From an uncultured Clostridium sp. (GTDB lineage Bacteria; Bacillota; Clostridia; TANB77; CAG-508): 64,000 bases of DNA. Below the pieces are notes generated by a model that was given only the letters and a program-made list of their open reading frames with translations, had not been told where the DNA came from and searched no databases. The stretch spans positions 53,569-117,568 of the forward strand of contig CANSKZ010000005.1 in NCBI GenBank assembly GCA_947647595.1, in the 5' to 3' direction. Positions 1 through 11,540 of the stretch are shown here, in pieces (the first letter of the stretch is position 1; each line of letters begins with the position of its first letter). The position numbers were made by a program, and so were the translations under genes.

Positions 1-108
1 CTAAAAAAACATAAAGTTATTATATCATATTTATGTGATATTTGCAATCTTTTTTTCTCACAGAAACTTCGAAGGATTATTTCAAACAAACATTTTAATG
101 AAACATAA

Positions 109-141
109 AAAGAATATACTACCAATAATAGTATATTCTTT
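109..141 (-). terminator. Rho-independent terminator-like hairpin downstream of the 201..482 gene
   Basis: Inverted repeat agaatatacta / tagtatattct around a 7-nt loop. On the minus strand it is followed by a T-run. Confidence 0.5.
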
Positions 142-200
142 AATATTATCTATTTTTTATCTCATCAATCCATTCTTTTATTCAACATAAATTTCAAAAA

Positions 201-482
201 TCAATTAATAGATGAACCAATTTCTGGATATTCCTTATCTTTCCAATACCACCACTTTAACTTTTCCTCTTCCCAATCAGTATGCTCTGCATAATACACA
301 GCCATTCTAAAAAGATATAATTGGCATTTATCTTCTTGAAATCCCTTCACAAAACAATCTTTATCATATAATTCCTCTGGATTCTCTCCTTTTAAATCTT
401 CAACACACGTAATCCCTATATTTTGTAACGCTTGTTTTGTTCTTTCTCCAACATTTGGAATGGTTGTTAAATCTGTTTTCAT
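201..482 (-). CDS. Helix-hairpin-helix domain protein (Cdd1-like)
   Basis: 93-aa ORF. N-terminal LTTIPNVGERTKQALQNIGI resembles an HhH DNA-binding motif. Family assignment is from memory. Confidence 0.55.
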   Translation of the reverse strand: MKTDLTTIPNVGERTKQALQNIGITCVEDLKGENPEELYDKDCFVKGFQEDKCQLYLFRMAVYYAEHTDWEEEKLKWWYWKDKEYPEIGSSIN

Positions 483-507
483 TTTACTCCTACCTTATGT
501 CATATCA

Positions 508-1071
508 TTATCTAAAACTTGCAATTGTACATTTTCCAGTTTCGTTATTAAAGGTTGCATATAAAACTTGTTTATATTTATCAACCCACATATAACTTTT
601 AGAGCCATTTGTTTTACCAGCAAGTACTCCTTGTATTCCATTTAATTTTAAAACTAATTCTTCATAAGTAAAAGAACCTTCATTCAATAATTGTTTTAGT
701 TCAGATGCTGAAGGCAATTTTACTTCTTCACTTATAATTTTTTCTTTATCTATTGTAGCTTGCAAAATTGGACTATCTCCTGCATACTTCAATACAATAC
801 TATTTTTATCATCTAACTTCCAAGTATATTCTTCACTATACTCGCTTTTTTCTGCTTCAAATCCAATAATGTTATTTAGTTCCTCTACTGTATTAGATGT
901 TTCGATATGATTCATACATTCTATAACTGTATAATTTCCTCTTGCCTCTACAACTTCCACGTTATTTACAGTTTCTTCTTCATTTTTTCCATTTGTTTGA
1001 AAAAATACAATGCCTAATATTATTATAGCAATCACGCTAACAATACCATTCATAATTTTTTTACTTTTCAT
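508..1071 (-). CDS. Membrane-anchored hypothetical protein
   Basis: 187-aa ORF with a single N-terminal hydrophobic helix (IVSVIAIIILGIVFF). No domain recognised. Confidence 0.5.
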   Translation of the reverse strand: MKSKKIMNGIVSVIAIIILGIVFFQTNGKNEEETVNNVEVVEARGNYTVIECMNHIETSNTVEELNNIIGFEAEKSEYSEEYTWKLDDKNSIVLKYAGDSPILQATIDKEKIISEEVKLPSASELKQLLNEGSFTYEELVLKLNGIQGVLAGKTNGSKSYMWVDKYKQVLYATFNNETGKCTIASFR

Positions 1072-1140
1072 AATTTTTCCTCCCTATTACATTATTACTA
1101 TAAAAAGAAATCCTTCATGTTTGGAGGATTTCAACATTTT

Positions 1141-1216
1141 TGGAGCTTCCAGCCGGAATTGAACCGGCGACCCCAGCCTTACCATGGCTGTGCTCTACCT
1201 ACTGAGCTATAGAAGC
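1141..1216 (-). tRNA. tRNA-Thr (anticodon GGU)
   Basis: The reverse complement folds as a cloverleaf: acceptor GCTTCTA/TGGAAGC, T-loop GGTTCAATTCC, anticodon loop ATGGTAA, encoded CCA end. Confidence 0.9.
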
Positions 1217-1232
1217 ATCTATAGAAGGAGAT

Positions 1233-1874
1233 TTATTCTCCTTCCTCTAAACATTTTATGGCTTTTTTACGAATTCTTTGAATTGCATTATCCACTGATT
1301 TTACAGGCGCATCTAGACGATCAGCTATCGCAACATAGCTTTGCCCTTGTATGTATTGATTTAAAACATCCTTCTCAAATTTACTTAGGTTTTGATTGAT
1401 TTTGTTTTCTATACTTATATAATATTCTCTTTTAATAATTGTCTCTAAAGGATCTTCTACGGTTTTAGTATCTAATACATCTAAAACAGACATATCATCA
1501 TTTTCATCATAAGCAGAAACATTTAGCGAAAAAGATGAATTCAGTGGAATATTTTTCTGCCTGTTTGAAGTTTTGATTGCTGTAATTAATTGTCGCTCAA
1601 TACAAAGATTAGCAAATGTTCGAAAAGAATTTTGTTTTTCTGTATCAAATGATTGAATCGCTTTATACAAGCCCCAAAATCCTTCTTGAATCATATCATC
1701 TCTTTCTGCGCCAATGATAAAGAATCGATTTGCCTTCATAGTAACAATATCTCGATATTTATTCAGCAAATAATCTAACGCTTTTTTATTTTCCTCTTTT
1801 ATCATCTGAACCAAAGTTTCATCTGATAAATCAGCATATTCACTTTCAAAATGATATTTCTTCGCATCTAACAT
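1233..1874 (-). CDS. sigH: RNA polymerase sporulation sigma factor SigH
   Basis: 213 aa. FRTFANLCIERQLITAIKTSNRQKNIPLNSSFSL matches the SigH-specific region, and a sigma-70 region 4 HTH lies at the C-terminus. Confidence 0.8.
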   Translation of the reverse strand: MLDAKKYHFESEYADLSDETLVQMIKEENKKALDYLLNKYRDIVTMKANRFFIIGAERDDMIQEGFWGLYKAIQSFDTEKQNSFRTFANLCIERQLITAIKTSNRQKNIPLNSSFSLNVSAYDENDDMSVLDVLDTKTVEDPLETIIKREYYISIENKINQNLSKFEKDVLNQYIQGQSYVAIADRLDAPVKSVDNAIQRIRKKAIKCLEEGE

Positions 1875-1953
1875 TCCTTATTTTGTACCTCCCATAAGCT
1901 GATTATACATGCATTATATTCACAAAATGCTGGTATGTCAAGAGATTTTTGAA

Positions 1954-4782
1954 TTATTTTTCCAAATATTTTTCCAAAAACTTTCCTGTATACGATTTTT
2001 CATTTTTCACAATCTGCTCTGGCGTTCCAATGGCGATAACTTGACCGCCATTCTCCCCACCTTCTGGACCTAAATCAATAATATGGTCAGCTGTTTTAAT
2101 CAAATCCAAATTGTGTTCAATTACAACAATTGTATTTCCTGTATCCACTAATCTTTGTAAAATATCAATCAACTTATGAACATCGCCAATATGGAGTCCT
2201 GTTGTTGGTTCATCTAAAATATACAAAGTTTTACCTGTTGCTCTTTTCGATAATTCTGTCGCTAATTTTACACGTTGTGCCTCGCCACCCGAAAGCGTCG
2301 TCGAAGGTTGTCCCAGTTTAATATAGCCTAACCCAACATCTGCTAAAGTTTGCATTTTATCACGTATACGAGGAATATTGCTAAAGAATTCAAGTGCCTC
2401 TTCTACTGTCATATTTAGCACATCGGAAATTGATTTGCCTTTATATTTTACCTCTAATGTTTCGCGATTATAACGTTTTCCATTACAAACTTCACAAGGC
2501 ACATAAATGTCTGGCAAAAAATTCATTTCAATTTTAACCACACCATCACCTTGACAAGCCTCACAACGTCCACCAGAAACATTAAAACTAAATCTTCCTT
2601 TTTGATAACCACGCATCTTTGCTTCATTTGTACCAGCATAAATATCACGAATGATGTCAAATACGCCAGTATAAGTTGCTGGATTCGAACGTGGGGTTCG
2701 GCCAATAGGAGATTGGTCAATATTAATGATTTTGTCAATATTCGAAATCCCTTTTATTTTTTCACACTTTCCAGGTTTTTCATTCGAACGATTAATCTCT
2801 CTTGCTAAATATTTATAAAGTATTTCATTAATTAGCGTCGATTTTCCTGAACCGGAAACCCCTGTCACACAATTAAAAACACCTAGCGGAATTTTGACAT
2901 TTACATTTTTCAAGTTATGTTCTGTCGCCCCAACAATTTCAATCGATTTTCCAGCACTTCCTTTTCTTCTCGTTTTTGGAACTGCAATTTTTTTTCTACC
3001 ACTCAAATATTGACCTGTAATCGAATCCGTAATCTTTTTAATTTCTTCTGCGGTTCCTTGTGCCACAACTTTTCCACCATGCACACCTGCCCCTGGTCCA
3101 ATATCAATAATTTGGTCTGCTGCGTACATTGTATCTTCATCATGTTCTACTACAATCAAGGTATTTCCTAAATTACGCAATTTCTTTAATGTTTCCAATA
3201 ATTTATCATTATCCCTCTGGTGAAGTCCAATGCTTGGTTCATCTAAAATATACAAAACGCCTGAAAGTCCAGAACCAATCTGTGTTGCCAAACGAATACG
3301 TTGTGCTTCGCCACCAGACAATGTCCCACTACTTCTAGAAAGCGTCAAATATTCTAAACCAACATCCATCAAAAATTGTAATCTCATGTTTAATTCACGA
3401 AAAATTAACTCTGCAATCATTTTTTCTTTTTTACTTAAATTCAAATTTGCTAAATAATTCTTAATTTTGTGAATTGGCATATCAGACAATTCATTGATAT
3501 TTTGGTCGCCTACTTTGACTGATAATACTTCTTTTTTCAGTCTTGCCCCATGACAACAAGGGCAAGGACTTTCACTCATATACATCTCATAAAAACGACG
3601 CATTCCTTCTGATTTTGTTTCACGGTAACGTCTATCCAAAGTTGGAATAACGCCCTCAAATGGACTCGTAAACTTCCTAGTACCTGTGGAGGAAGTATAT
3701 TCAAAATCAATTTCTTCGTCACCTGTTCCATATAAAATCTTTTCTAGAAACTCACGTGGCAATTTTTTAATCGGCTTTTTAATATCCACTCCATAATGCT
3801 TGCTAATGCTTTCAAAATACATTTTTGCCATCGTGTCACCACGTTTCATGCTACTGCTTCCAAACGCTTTTACTCCATCGTATAATGTTTTCTCTTTGTC
3901 TGGAATAATCAAATCTTCATCAATTCTCATCAAATAACCAATTCCTGTACATTCTGGACACGCTCCCATTGGATTGTTAAACGAAAACATACGTGGTGTC
4001 AATTCCTCAAAACTGATATTGCAATCTGGGCAAGCATAATTGCCACTAAACAATTTTTCTCCTTCGCCCACAACGTCAATTTTCACAAGATTTTCGGCAT
4101 GCATCATAGCCGTTTCAATCGATTCTGCCAGACGATTACGAATTTCTTCTTTAATGACAACTCTATCAACAACAATGTCAATTCTATGTTTTTTATTTCG
4201 ATCTAACTCAATATCATCTGTCAATTCATACATTTCACCATCGATTCGAACACGTACAAAGCCTTCTTTTTGCAGATTAGCAAAAAGTTTTGTATATTCT
4301 CCTTTTTTGCCACGTATGACTGGTGCTAAAATTTGAATTTTAGTTCCTTCCTCATATTGCATCACACAATCTACAATTTGGTCAATGGTTTGCTTTTCTA
4401 TTTTTTTACCGCAATTTGGGCAATAGGGAATACCGATTCTAGCATATAATAAACGAATATAATCGTAAATTTCTGTTACTGTTCCAACTGTCGAACGTGG
4501 ATTTTTCGAAGTTGTTTTTTGGTCGATGGAAATGGCTGGTGAAAGTCCATCAATCGATTCTACATTTGGTTTTTCCATCATTCCCAAAAACTGTCTCGCA
4601 TAGGATGATAAACTTTCGACATATCTTCTTTGTCCTTCTGCATAAATGGTATCAAAAGCAAGCGAAGATTTTCCTGAACCAGAAAGTCCTGTAATCACCA
4701 CCAATTCATTTTTTGGAATTTCAATACTGACATTTTTCAGATTATGTTCTTTTGCACCTTTTATAATAATTTTATCGTTCAT
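1954..4782 (-). CDS. uvrA: Excinuclease ABC subunit A
   Basis: 942 aa with two ABC ATPase modules ([18 protein letters not shown]), LSGGE signatures and zinc-finger cysteines. Collinear with UvrA. Confidence 0.97.
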   Translation of the reverse strand: MNDKIIIKGAKEHNLKNVSIEIPKNELVVITGLSGSGKSSLAFDTIYAEGQRRYVESLSSYARQFLGMMEKPNVESIDGLSPAISIDQKTTSKNPRSTVGTVTEIYDYIRLLYARIGIPYCPNCGKKIEKQTIDQIVDCVMQYEEGTKIQILAPVIRGKKGEYTKLFANLQKEGFVRVRIDGEMYELTDDIELDRNKKHRIDIVVDRVVIKEEIRNRLAESIETAMMHAENLVKIDVVGEGEKLFSGNYACPDCNISFEELTPRMFSFNNPMGACPECTGIGYLMRIDEDLIIPDKEKTLYDGVKAFGSSSMKRGDTMAKMYFESISKHYGVDIKKPIKKLPREFLEKILYGTGDEEIDFEYTSSTGTRKFTSPFEGVIPTLDRRYRETKSEGMRRFYEMYMSESPCPCCHGARLKKEVLSVKVGDQNINELSDMPIHKIKNYLANLNLSKKEKMIAELIFRELNMRLQFLMDVGLEYLTLSRSSGTLSGGEAQRIRLATQIGSGLSGVLYILDEPSIGLHQRDNDKLLETLKKLRNLGNTLIVVEHDEDTMYAADQIIDIGPGAGVHGGKVVAQGTAEEIKKITDSITGQYLSGRKKIAVPKTRRKGSAGKSIEIVGATEHNLKNVNVKIPLGVFNCVTGVSGSGKSTLINEILYKYLAREINRSNEKPGKCEKIKGISNIDKIINIDQSPIGRTPRSNPATYTGVFDIIRDIYAGTNEAKMRGYQKGRFSFNVSGGRCEACQGDGVVKIEMNFLPDIYVPCEVCNGKRYNRETLEVKYKGKSISDVLNMTVEEALEFFSNIPRIRDKMQTLADVGLGYIKLGQPSTTLSGGEAQRVKLATELSKRATGKTLYILDEPTTGLHIGDVHKLIDILQRLVDTGNTIVVIEHNLDLIKTADHIIDLGPEGGENGGQVIAIGTPEQIVKNEKSYTGKFLEKYLEK

Positions 4783-4904
4783 GGTTTGTCCCCCTTATTT
4801 TTTCGATAATATTATAACATATCTTAATTTAAAAATAAAGTATTTACACACTTTTTTCTGTCTTTTTTAATAAAAAAAGGACACACTATTTGTGCCCTCT
4901 TCAA

Positions 4905-7900
4905 TTATTTCTTTTTCTTTCTATAAAACACATCATACAAAACTGGTACAAAGAATAACGTTAACAGTGTTGCATATAACAATCCTCCAATTGCGACAAT
5001 GCCTAGTGGCTGAGTCATCTCTGCTCCTTCTCCAATGCCGAGTGCCATCGATAATAAACCAAGAATGGTTGTTAAGGCTGTCATTAAAATTGGTCTTAAA
5101 CGTAATTTTCCAGTTAATTTAATAGCCTCTATTTTTTCCATTCCTTCTTCTACTAATTGATTTACACAATCAATAAATACAATTCCATTATTCACAACTA
5201 CACCTGCTAATACCAAAAATCCTAACATCGCAATTATGCTGATTGGTTGACCTGTAAAGAATAAGGCTAACAATCCTCCTGTAAAAGCAAGTGGAATGGT
5301 AAACATTACAATAAATGGCAATTTTAGCGATTGGAATTGTGCTACCATAATTAAATAAATGAACATGATAGCTACTACTATCATTAATAACAAGTCTTGG
5401 ATATATTCCATCGTACTATCCATTTCGCCTTCCATTTCCACGGTATAGCCTTCTGGTACTTCATAATTTTTAAACTTGTTTTCCACATCTCTGCTGACTA
5501 ATGTCATACTAGCGTCTTCTTTCACCGTTGCAGTTACTGTGATATAACGGTTATTATTTTCTCGCATAATGCTTTCTAAGCCAGTATTATCTTCTACAAT
5601 AGCAATGTCGGATAAATAAATCGTTTTTTCTTCTTCATTGACTGTTACATCAAATTCAATATTCATCAGATTGTTAGTATCAATTTTGTCGTTGTCTGGT
5701 TTTTGAATTATGACTTGATATTCTTTATTGTCTAATTCAATTTTTGTCCCCTCAATTTCTGACTTTATTTCGCTCGCAATTGTAGCATATACTTGTGCAA
5801 CTGTTAAATTGTACTTCATTGCTTTGTTTTTATCGACTGTAATTCTTTTTTCTGGTGAAGAATTTTCCTTGATTCCTTCAATTTCATCAATGCCTTCAAT
5901 CTCAGCTAATTTACTTTCTACATCAGCTGAAATTTCTTTCAGTTTGTCAATTTCGTTTCCTTTTATTTTTATCGAAATTCCAGAAGCCATCATGGCACTC
6001 ATATCCATTTCAGAAGTACTTACTTGAATTTCTGCATTGATATCTGCTGTTAATTCTTCAATTCTCTTGGCAATTTCTTCGTTTGTTATCGTTCTTTCTT
6101 CGTCAAGCACAAGATACATACTAACGCCTGAAGTAGAAGATGTGCCCATATTGGTAGATGCCGTATCATTATCAATTGCTCCTACTTTGTAAACATCTTG
6201 GATGGTTAAAATTCTTTCCATAGTTGTGTCTGCTACATTTCTTAATTCTTCTTTTGTTGCTTCTTCTGGCATCGTAATAGAAATCGACATTTCATTGCTT
6301 GCTACATCTGGTATAAATTCTAAATCCATTCTTGTCATCAAATAAATACTACTTCCAAGCAATACCACTACAAGTAGAATAACAACTGCTTTAAATCGTA
6401 AAGCAACTCCTAATAATTTAGCATATCCATTGCTTAATTTTTCTACCAATTTATTTTCTTTATTGCTCACTTTATGGAACATTTTCGAACTCATCGCTGG
6501 CACAACGGTTAATGCGATGATTAAACTTGCTATCAAAGAATACGCAATGGTAAGTCCAATATCTTGGAATAATTGCCTTGCCATTCCTGTAACAAATACA
6601 ATTGGCAAAAATACACAAACTGTTGTAAGGGTTGATGCAATAATCGCTCCTGCCACTTTTTTCGCACCTTCTTTGGCAGCCTCTTTGGTTTCTTTGCCTT
6701 CTTTTCTTAATCGATAAATATTTTCAATTACAACAATTGAATTATCTACCAACATTCCAACACCTAATGCTAAACCAGACAACGACATAATATTAATTGT
6801 AACACCTGTAAAATACATCATTGCGATTGCAAAAACTAAACTAACTGGAATGGAAACAGCTACAATAATGGTTGGTTTCAATTCTTTTAAGAAGAAATAC
6901 AATATTAAAATCGCTAAAATTCCACCAACAAGCAAGCTTTGTAGCACAGAACCAATAATAATATCGATGTAAATGCCTTGATCCATTAAAGTAGTAAAAG
7001 AAATATCTTCATATTTTTCTTCTAACTGTGCTAATTTCTTTTGAATCGCTTCTGATACATCTTTTGTAGAAGCTGTACTTTGTTTTGAAAAAGATAGAAC
7101 AATCCCATTGTTTCCATTGACTTTGGCATAAATTTCATCTCGATTGTCTCCTGTTTCAATTTCAGCAATATCTGCCAATTTAATTTCTTTTAAGCCTTCC
7201 ATCTCAAAGCTAAATAATACTAAATTTTTAATTTCATCTAAATTGGAAAATTTTTCTCCTACTTTTACGGTAATATCATTATCAATATAACCTGCTGGCA
7301 TAGAAAAATTCTCGGCTGTTAAAATTTGAGAAATCATATCTGTTGTAATGATTCCTTCTAGCGATGCTTTTTGATAAGCTTCTTCTCTTGCATCTTCAAA
7401 CTGTTTTAAGCCTTCTTCTAATTCTTCTTTGGCGATATCTAATTCTGTAGCAGCCTTCGTTGTTTCACTGACTAAAGTACTTTGTGCTACTTGTAATTCA
7501 GAGCTGGTTTTTTCTAATTCTGTTTTTTTATTGGCAATTGTTGTTTGTGCTTCTTGCATTTGGGCTAATCCACTATTGACTTGCGCTAAACCAGCTGTTA
7601 AAGATAGATAATTTTCATTTGATTTTATTTGCTGGATAGCTTCATTTAATGGTGGAATGGTGTTTTCTATTTTGTATAATTCTATTAATTCTTCGCCTGT
7701 TATGGTTCCTGTTTCGCGTTTAATCATTAATTCAGATTTTCTGGTTTCTAATTGTGATTTCTGTGTTTCTAATTCTTGAATTTTTGTCTCAAAAGCAAGC
7801 ATTCCTTGTTCTATTTCTGTTTTTGTTGCTGTTAATTCATTGGCTTTCGAATTTAATTCCATTTCTGCTTTTGTAATTTCGTTTCTACCACTTTCTATAG

Positions 7901-8648
7901 CGGATAAACCTTCTGCAATTTGTTTTGTTTTTTCAGTTTTGGTTTTTTCTAATTCTGCTGAACCAGAATTAATTTGACTTTTGGCTTGGTCTAAATCTTT
8001 TTTTGTTTTTGCTAGCTCTGAACTGACATTTTCAAGCATTTTATCATTAATGCGATTAATTTTTTCTTGGTTTAATTGGATAACGATTTCGTCTTCTACT
8101 GCTCCATAAGTTTCTACTGAGGCTACTCCTGCAACACTTTCTAACTCAGGAACTAAAGTATTTTCTACAAATTCTGTAATTTCACTACTGTTTTTGCCTT
8201 CCATATCTACTGCACTCATTAAAACAGGCATCATATCTGGATTGATTTGCATCACGATTGGCGTTGTTATTCCGTCTTCTAAAACTGATTTTAAGACATC
8301 TAATTCTTGACTAATTTCAATCATAACTGAATCCATGTTGCTATCACCTGCAAATTCTAGTAGCACCATGGAATAATTTTCTGCTGATGTGGAAGTAACA
8401 TTTTCAATATTACTAATTCCCATCATTCCTTGTTCAATCACTTTACTGACAGATTCTTCTACTTTTTCTGGATTAGCACCTGGATAGGTGGTAATAATTG
8501 CAACATAAGGCAATTCCATACTAGGTAATAAATCAGTTGTTAAATTGGTAAAGGATATGATTCCTAAAATCATAATGATAATTACACCCACAAAAACAGT
8601 GTATGGTTTTTTTACACTAAAACCTGACATTTCAACATCCCCTTTCAA
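4905..8648 (-). CDS. RND-family efflux permease (AcrB/SwrC-like) with a long coiled-coil insertion
   Basis: 1247 aa. RND N-terminus (VKKPYTVFVGVIIIMILG) and C-terminal 12-TM-type architecture. About 240 aa of heptad-like K/E/Q/T-rich sequence (aa ~190-440) is inserted in the first periplasmic-type loop. The start is probably at Met7. Confidence 0.85.
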   Translation of the reverse strand: MKGDVEMSGFSVKKPYTVFVGVIIIMILGIISFTNLTTDLLPSMELPYVAIITTYPGANPEKVEESVSKVIEQGMMGISNIENVTSTSAENYSMVLLEFAGDSNMDSVMIEISQELDVLKSVLEDGITTPIVMQINPDMMPVLMSAVDMEGKNSSEITEFVENTLVPELESVAGVASVETYGAVEDEIVIQLNQEKINRINDKMLENVSSELAKTKKDLDQAKSQINSGSAELEKTKTEKTKQIAEGLSAIESGRNEITKAEMELNSKANELTATKTEIEQGMLAFETKIQELETQKSQLETRKSELMIKRETGTITGEELIELYKIENTIPPLNEAIQQIKSNENYLSLTAGLAQVNSGLAQMQEAQTTIANKKTELEKTSSELQVAQSTLVSETTKAATELDIAKEELEEGLKQFEDAREEAYQKASLEGIITTDMISQILTAENFSMPAGYIDNDITVKVGEKFSNLDEIKNLVLFSFEMEGLKEIKLADIAEIETGDNRDEIYAKVNGNNGIVLSFSKQSTASTKDVSEAIQKKLAQLEEKYEDISFTTLMDQGIYIDIIIGSVLQSLLVGGILAILILYFFLKELKPTIIVAVSIPVSLVFAIAMMYFTGVTINIMSLSGLALGVGMLVDNSIVVIENIYRLRKEGKETKEAAKEGAKKVAGAIIASTLTTVCVFLPIVFVTGMARQLFQDIGLTIAYSLIASLIIALTVVPAMSSKMFHKVSNKENKLVEKLSNGYAKLLGVALRFKAVVILLVVVLLGSSIYLMTRMDLEFIPDVASNEMSISITMPEEATKEELRNVADTTMERILTIQDVYKVGAIDNDTASTNMGTSSTSGVSMYLVLDEERTITNEEIAKRIEELTADINAEIQVSTSEMDMSAMMASGISIKIKGNEIDKLKEISADVESKLAEIEGIDEIEGIKENSSPEKRITVDKNKAMKYNLTVAQVYATIASEIKSEIEGTKIELDNKEYQVIIQKPDNDKIDTNNLMNIEFDVTVNEEEKTIYLSDIAIVEDNTGLESIMRENNNRYITVTATVKEDASMTLVSRDVENKFKNYEVPEGYTVEMEGEMDSTMEYIQDLLLMIVVAIMFIYLIMVAQFQSLKLPFIVMFTIPLAFTGGLLALFFTGQPISIIAMLGFLVLAGVVVNNGIVFIDCVNQLVEEGMEKIEAIKLTGKLRLRPILMTALTTILGLLSMALGIGEGAEMTQPLGIVAIGGLLYATLLTLFFVPVLYDVFYRKKKK

Positions 8649-8690
8649 ATTGACTATTGGTCGATATTATATCATATTTATGTAAGTTTG

Positions 8691-9926
8691 TCAATTTGCT
8701 ATTCTTTCTCTTTTGCGACTATATTTTTGAACTTTTCGTAATGTCTCTATTTTTGGTGTATGGGTTCTCATATAAATTAGTCGATAGGCTAATGTAATTT
8801 GAAAAATCATAAAAAAGGCGGATAAGCCAAACATATATTTCAGGCCTTTTTCATACATTAAGCCACAGAAAAACATGCCAATAGCTTCTCCTATATAACG
8901 AATCACATAACGAAAATTAGTAAAGGTCAATTGATGTTCATTTTCTACCGCATTTATATAATATCCATCACAAACATTTTCATACGCTGCTCCAATTAAC
9001 ATTGACCATGTAATCGCAATTATAGTTACAAATAAATTATCTGTAAAAAATGCCAATGTATACAATGAAAATCGAATGAAAAATTTAATCGTTATGGTAA
9101 TATAATCATTTTTTGGCGTTAAATATTTTAAGGCTAATACACCAATTAAATCACAAATTAGTCCAACAATCACTAAATAATTCGTTGCTATCCCTTCCGA
9201 AAACTGAAAATAATTCGTTAAAGTCAGCATTTTTAAACCTAAACCTGTTGACATCGCCATAGAACCAATAAAAGTATAAATACAATATACTTTTAAAATT
9301 TTATGATTGGCTATATATTTTACAATCGATGCTTTTGGATTTGGGTTGGATTTTACTTTTTTACAAGTTTTTAGGTTGAACATTACAAACATTGCCATTA
9401 CTAAAAATACAATGGAAATATATAAACAAATATTATAGTTGACGAATATTCCTAGCACACTTCTTCCAAATAAAAATCCACCAACTAAAATGCCAACATC
9501 ACGAAATAAATACTCGGTTAGTTTTCTTTTACTGTAAATGGTATTGTTTTTCACAAAAATGGTGATGAGTGGATAAACACTGGTTGTGATTAAATAGGAA
9601 GTCACAATATCAATGATAATTGTTAAATTAATGGAAAATGTCTGCATGGTATGATTTAAGTCATATAATATCACTAAATTTAAAAATTTTACGAAAATCG
9701 TAAAAGACATAAATCCTTTTAATTTACCTAAGGTAATCTTTCTTGAAACGCCTAAAATACCAATCACACTGACAAATGTTGCAATGCTTGTGATTTGGCT
9801 AATTTGCATAGCAGAAAAGCCATTATCTTCAAGCCATAATTGGCGAAAGTTTTCCCAAAGTCCAATGGACAAGCTTAAAAAAGCTAACATTTTTAAAATT
9901 TGATTTTCACTTTTTATTTTTTTCAT
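8691..9926 (-). CDS. MFS-type transporter
   Basis: 411 aa, about 12 hydrophobic segments, no soluble domain. Confidence 0.65.
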   Translation of the reverse strand: MKKIKSENQILKMLAFLSLSIGLWENFRQLWLEDNGFSAMQISQITSIATFVSVIGILGVSRKITLGKLKGFMSFTIFVKFLNLVILYDLNHTMQTFSINLTIIIDIVTSYLITTSVYPLITIFVKNNTIYSKRKLTEYLFRDVGILVGGFLFGRSVLGIFVNYNICLYISIVFLVMAMFVMFNLKTCKKVKSNPNPKASIVKYIANHKILKVYCIYTFIGSMAMSTGLGLKMLTLTNYFQFSEGIATNYLVIVGLICDLIGVLALKYLTPKNDYITITIKFFIRFSLYTLAFFTDNLFVTIIAITWSMLIGAAYENVCDGYYINAVENEHQLTFTNFRYVIRYIGEAIGMFFCGLMYEKGLKYMFGLSAFFMIFQITLAYRLIYMRTHTPKIETLRKVQKYSRKRERIAN

Positions 9927-9948
9927 CTTTTGCTCCTTTTAATTTTTA

Positions 9949-10875
9949 TTAATATGATTTCAAAAATGGTTCTGTTATTTCAAGTTTTGAATTATCGGAA
10001 TCAATTTTGCAATTGACGCCAATTGGGATAACTGCATTTACGATTTTGTGTCCAAAATCATTGCATTTGATAATTGGAAAGTTGTATTCTTTGGTGTATT
10101 CTAATAAAATATCCTCCATTTGTGGAAATGAATTTCCATGTTTTTGTAAATCGTAATTATACCCAACAATAATACCTTTTATTTTATCAAATATTCCAAT
10201 TTGTTTCAAGTGGGCAAATCGTCTTTGGCATTCGTTGGGCGAAGTTACAAAACTTTCGATGGCTAAAATTTTGTCTTGCATATTGGGCAAATATTCTGTT
10301 CCGAAGAAGATGCATCATACAGCCTAAATTAGTTCCGATTAATTTTCCCTCTACCTTCCCTTTACGAATTACTTTCTTTTCTCCTGTATGAAACTTTTTT
10401 ATTTTCTGATGTAGTAAAACGCTTTCAAATTCTTGATATCTTTCTTCTGCATTTTCTTCTGCAAAATCTAAAAAATCAGGTCCTTCAAATGTGACTAAAT
10501 TAGTTTTATGATAAATAGTTTGTAATAAAACAGTAATATCACTATAACCAATTATAATTTTGGGATTTTGTTTGATGACTTCGTAATCTAATAAATCGAT
10601 AAATGTATTGCAAGTTTGTCCCCACGAAGGCATATAATTGCTTTAACTTCTTGGTCTTGAAACATACGCATCATATCTTCTGCTTTTTGCTCTTTGGTTC
10701 CAGCTGAACCAAAGTAATTTTCAAACACATAATTTCCTCTTTTTACTTTAAATCCTTTGGATTGAAAAAATTTCTCTGCTTGATAAAAATTTTCTATTTT
10801 ATTTTCAAATTCGATACTATTAGAAACTCCTACAACGCCAATTGTATCTCCTATTTTTAATGCCTTTGCTAACAT
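9949..10875 (-). pseudogene. LD-carboxypeptidase (peptidase S66, LdcA/MccF-like), in three frame fragments
   Basis: ORFs 10588..10875, 10187..10633 and 9949..10290 are collinear with S66 peptidases (IGVVGVS..., GYSDITVL, IKGIIVGY). Break 1 lies in a G-run (plus strand cccc at 10620..10623). Break 2 lies at an in-frame CGG (plus strand ccg 10301..10303). Confidence 0.85.
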
Positions 10876-10891
10876 ATTTTTTTCTCCTTAT

Positions 10892-11440
10892 TTACAATTC
10901 AAATTCTCTTATTTCACAATTTTCAAATCCCGTTCTTGGCAAAATTCCATTTTCTCCAATGCCAATAAAATAACTGTTAATAACTCTAGCTATTCCTCTA
11001 TGCGTAACACATAAAACGTTTTTTCCAGCATATTTTTCTTTTATTTCTTCTATAAATTCCCAAACTCTTTGACAACAATCCACTACTGGTTCTATTTCTT
11101 TGATTTTTAAATTGGTATGATAATTCCAACAATCGTGTTGATTGAAAAAATAATCTGCCTCTTCCCCTTGGATTCCTTCAATTTTTCCCCAACTTCTTTC
11201 CAACAATTTTTCTTCATAAATCACAGGAATTCTTTTATCTTTATTCATTATTTCAATTGTTTTTCTAGTTCTCTTTAAAGGAGAACATAGAATCACATCA
11301 ATCGGATATTCCTCAAATTTTTCTTTTGCATTCTGTGCTTGGTTGATGCCATTTTCGTTTAATTCTGTATCGGTGCAACCTTGCACTTTTCTTAACACAT
11401 TCCAATCGGTTTGACCGTGTCTCATAACATATAGTTTCAT
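10892..11440 (-). CDS. Histidine phosphatase family protein (phosphoglycerate-mutase-like)
   Basis: MKLYVMRHGQTDWN contains the RHG catalytic motif. The ORF-track version (to 11578) carries a 46-aa N-terminal extension that is really the C-terminus of the upstream P-loop protein in this frame. Confidence 0.8.
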   Translation of the reverse strand: MKLYVMRHGQTDWNVLRKVQGCTDTELNENGINQAQNAKEKFEEYPIDVILCSPLKRTRKTIEIMNKDKRIPVIYEEKLLERSWGKIEGIQGEEADYFFNQHDCWNYHTNLKIKEIEPVVDCCQRVWEFIEEIKEKYAGKNVLCVTHRGIARVINSYFIGIGENGILPRTGFENCEIREFEL

Positions 11441-11540
11441 GGATTTTCCTTCATTTGGTTTTTTTCTGATTTCTTCAACTGCTTCATCAATTGTTTCCAA
11501 AAATCGATTACTGGTATCTATAAATTTTATGTTATATTGT

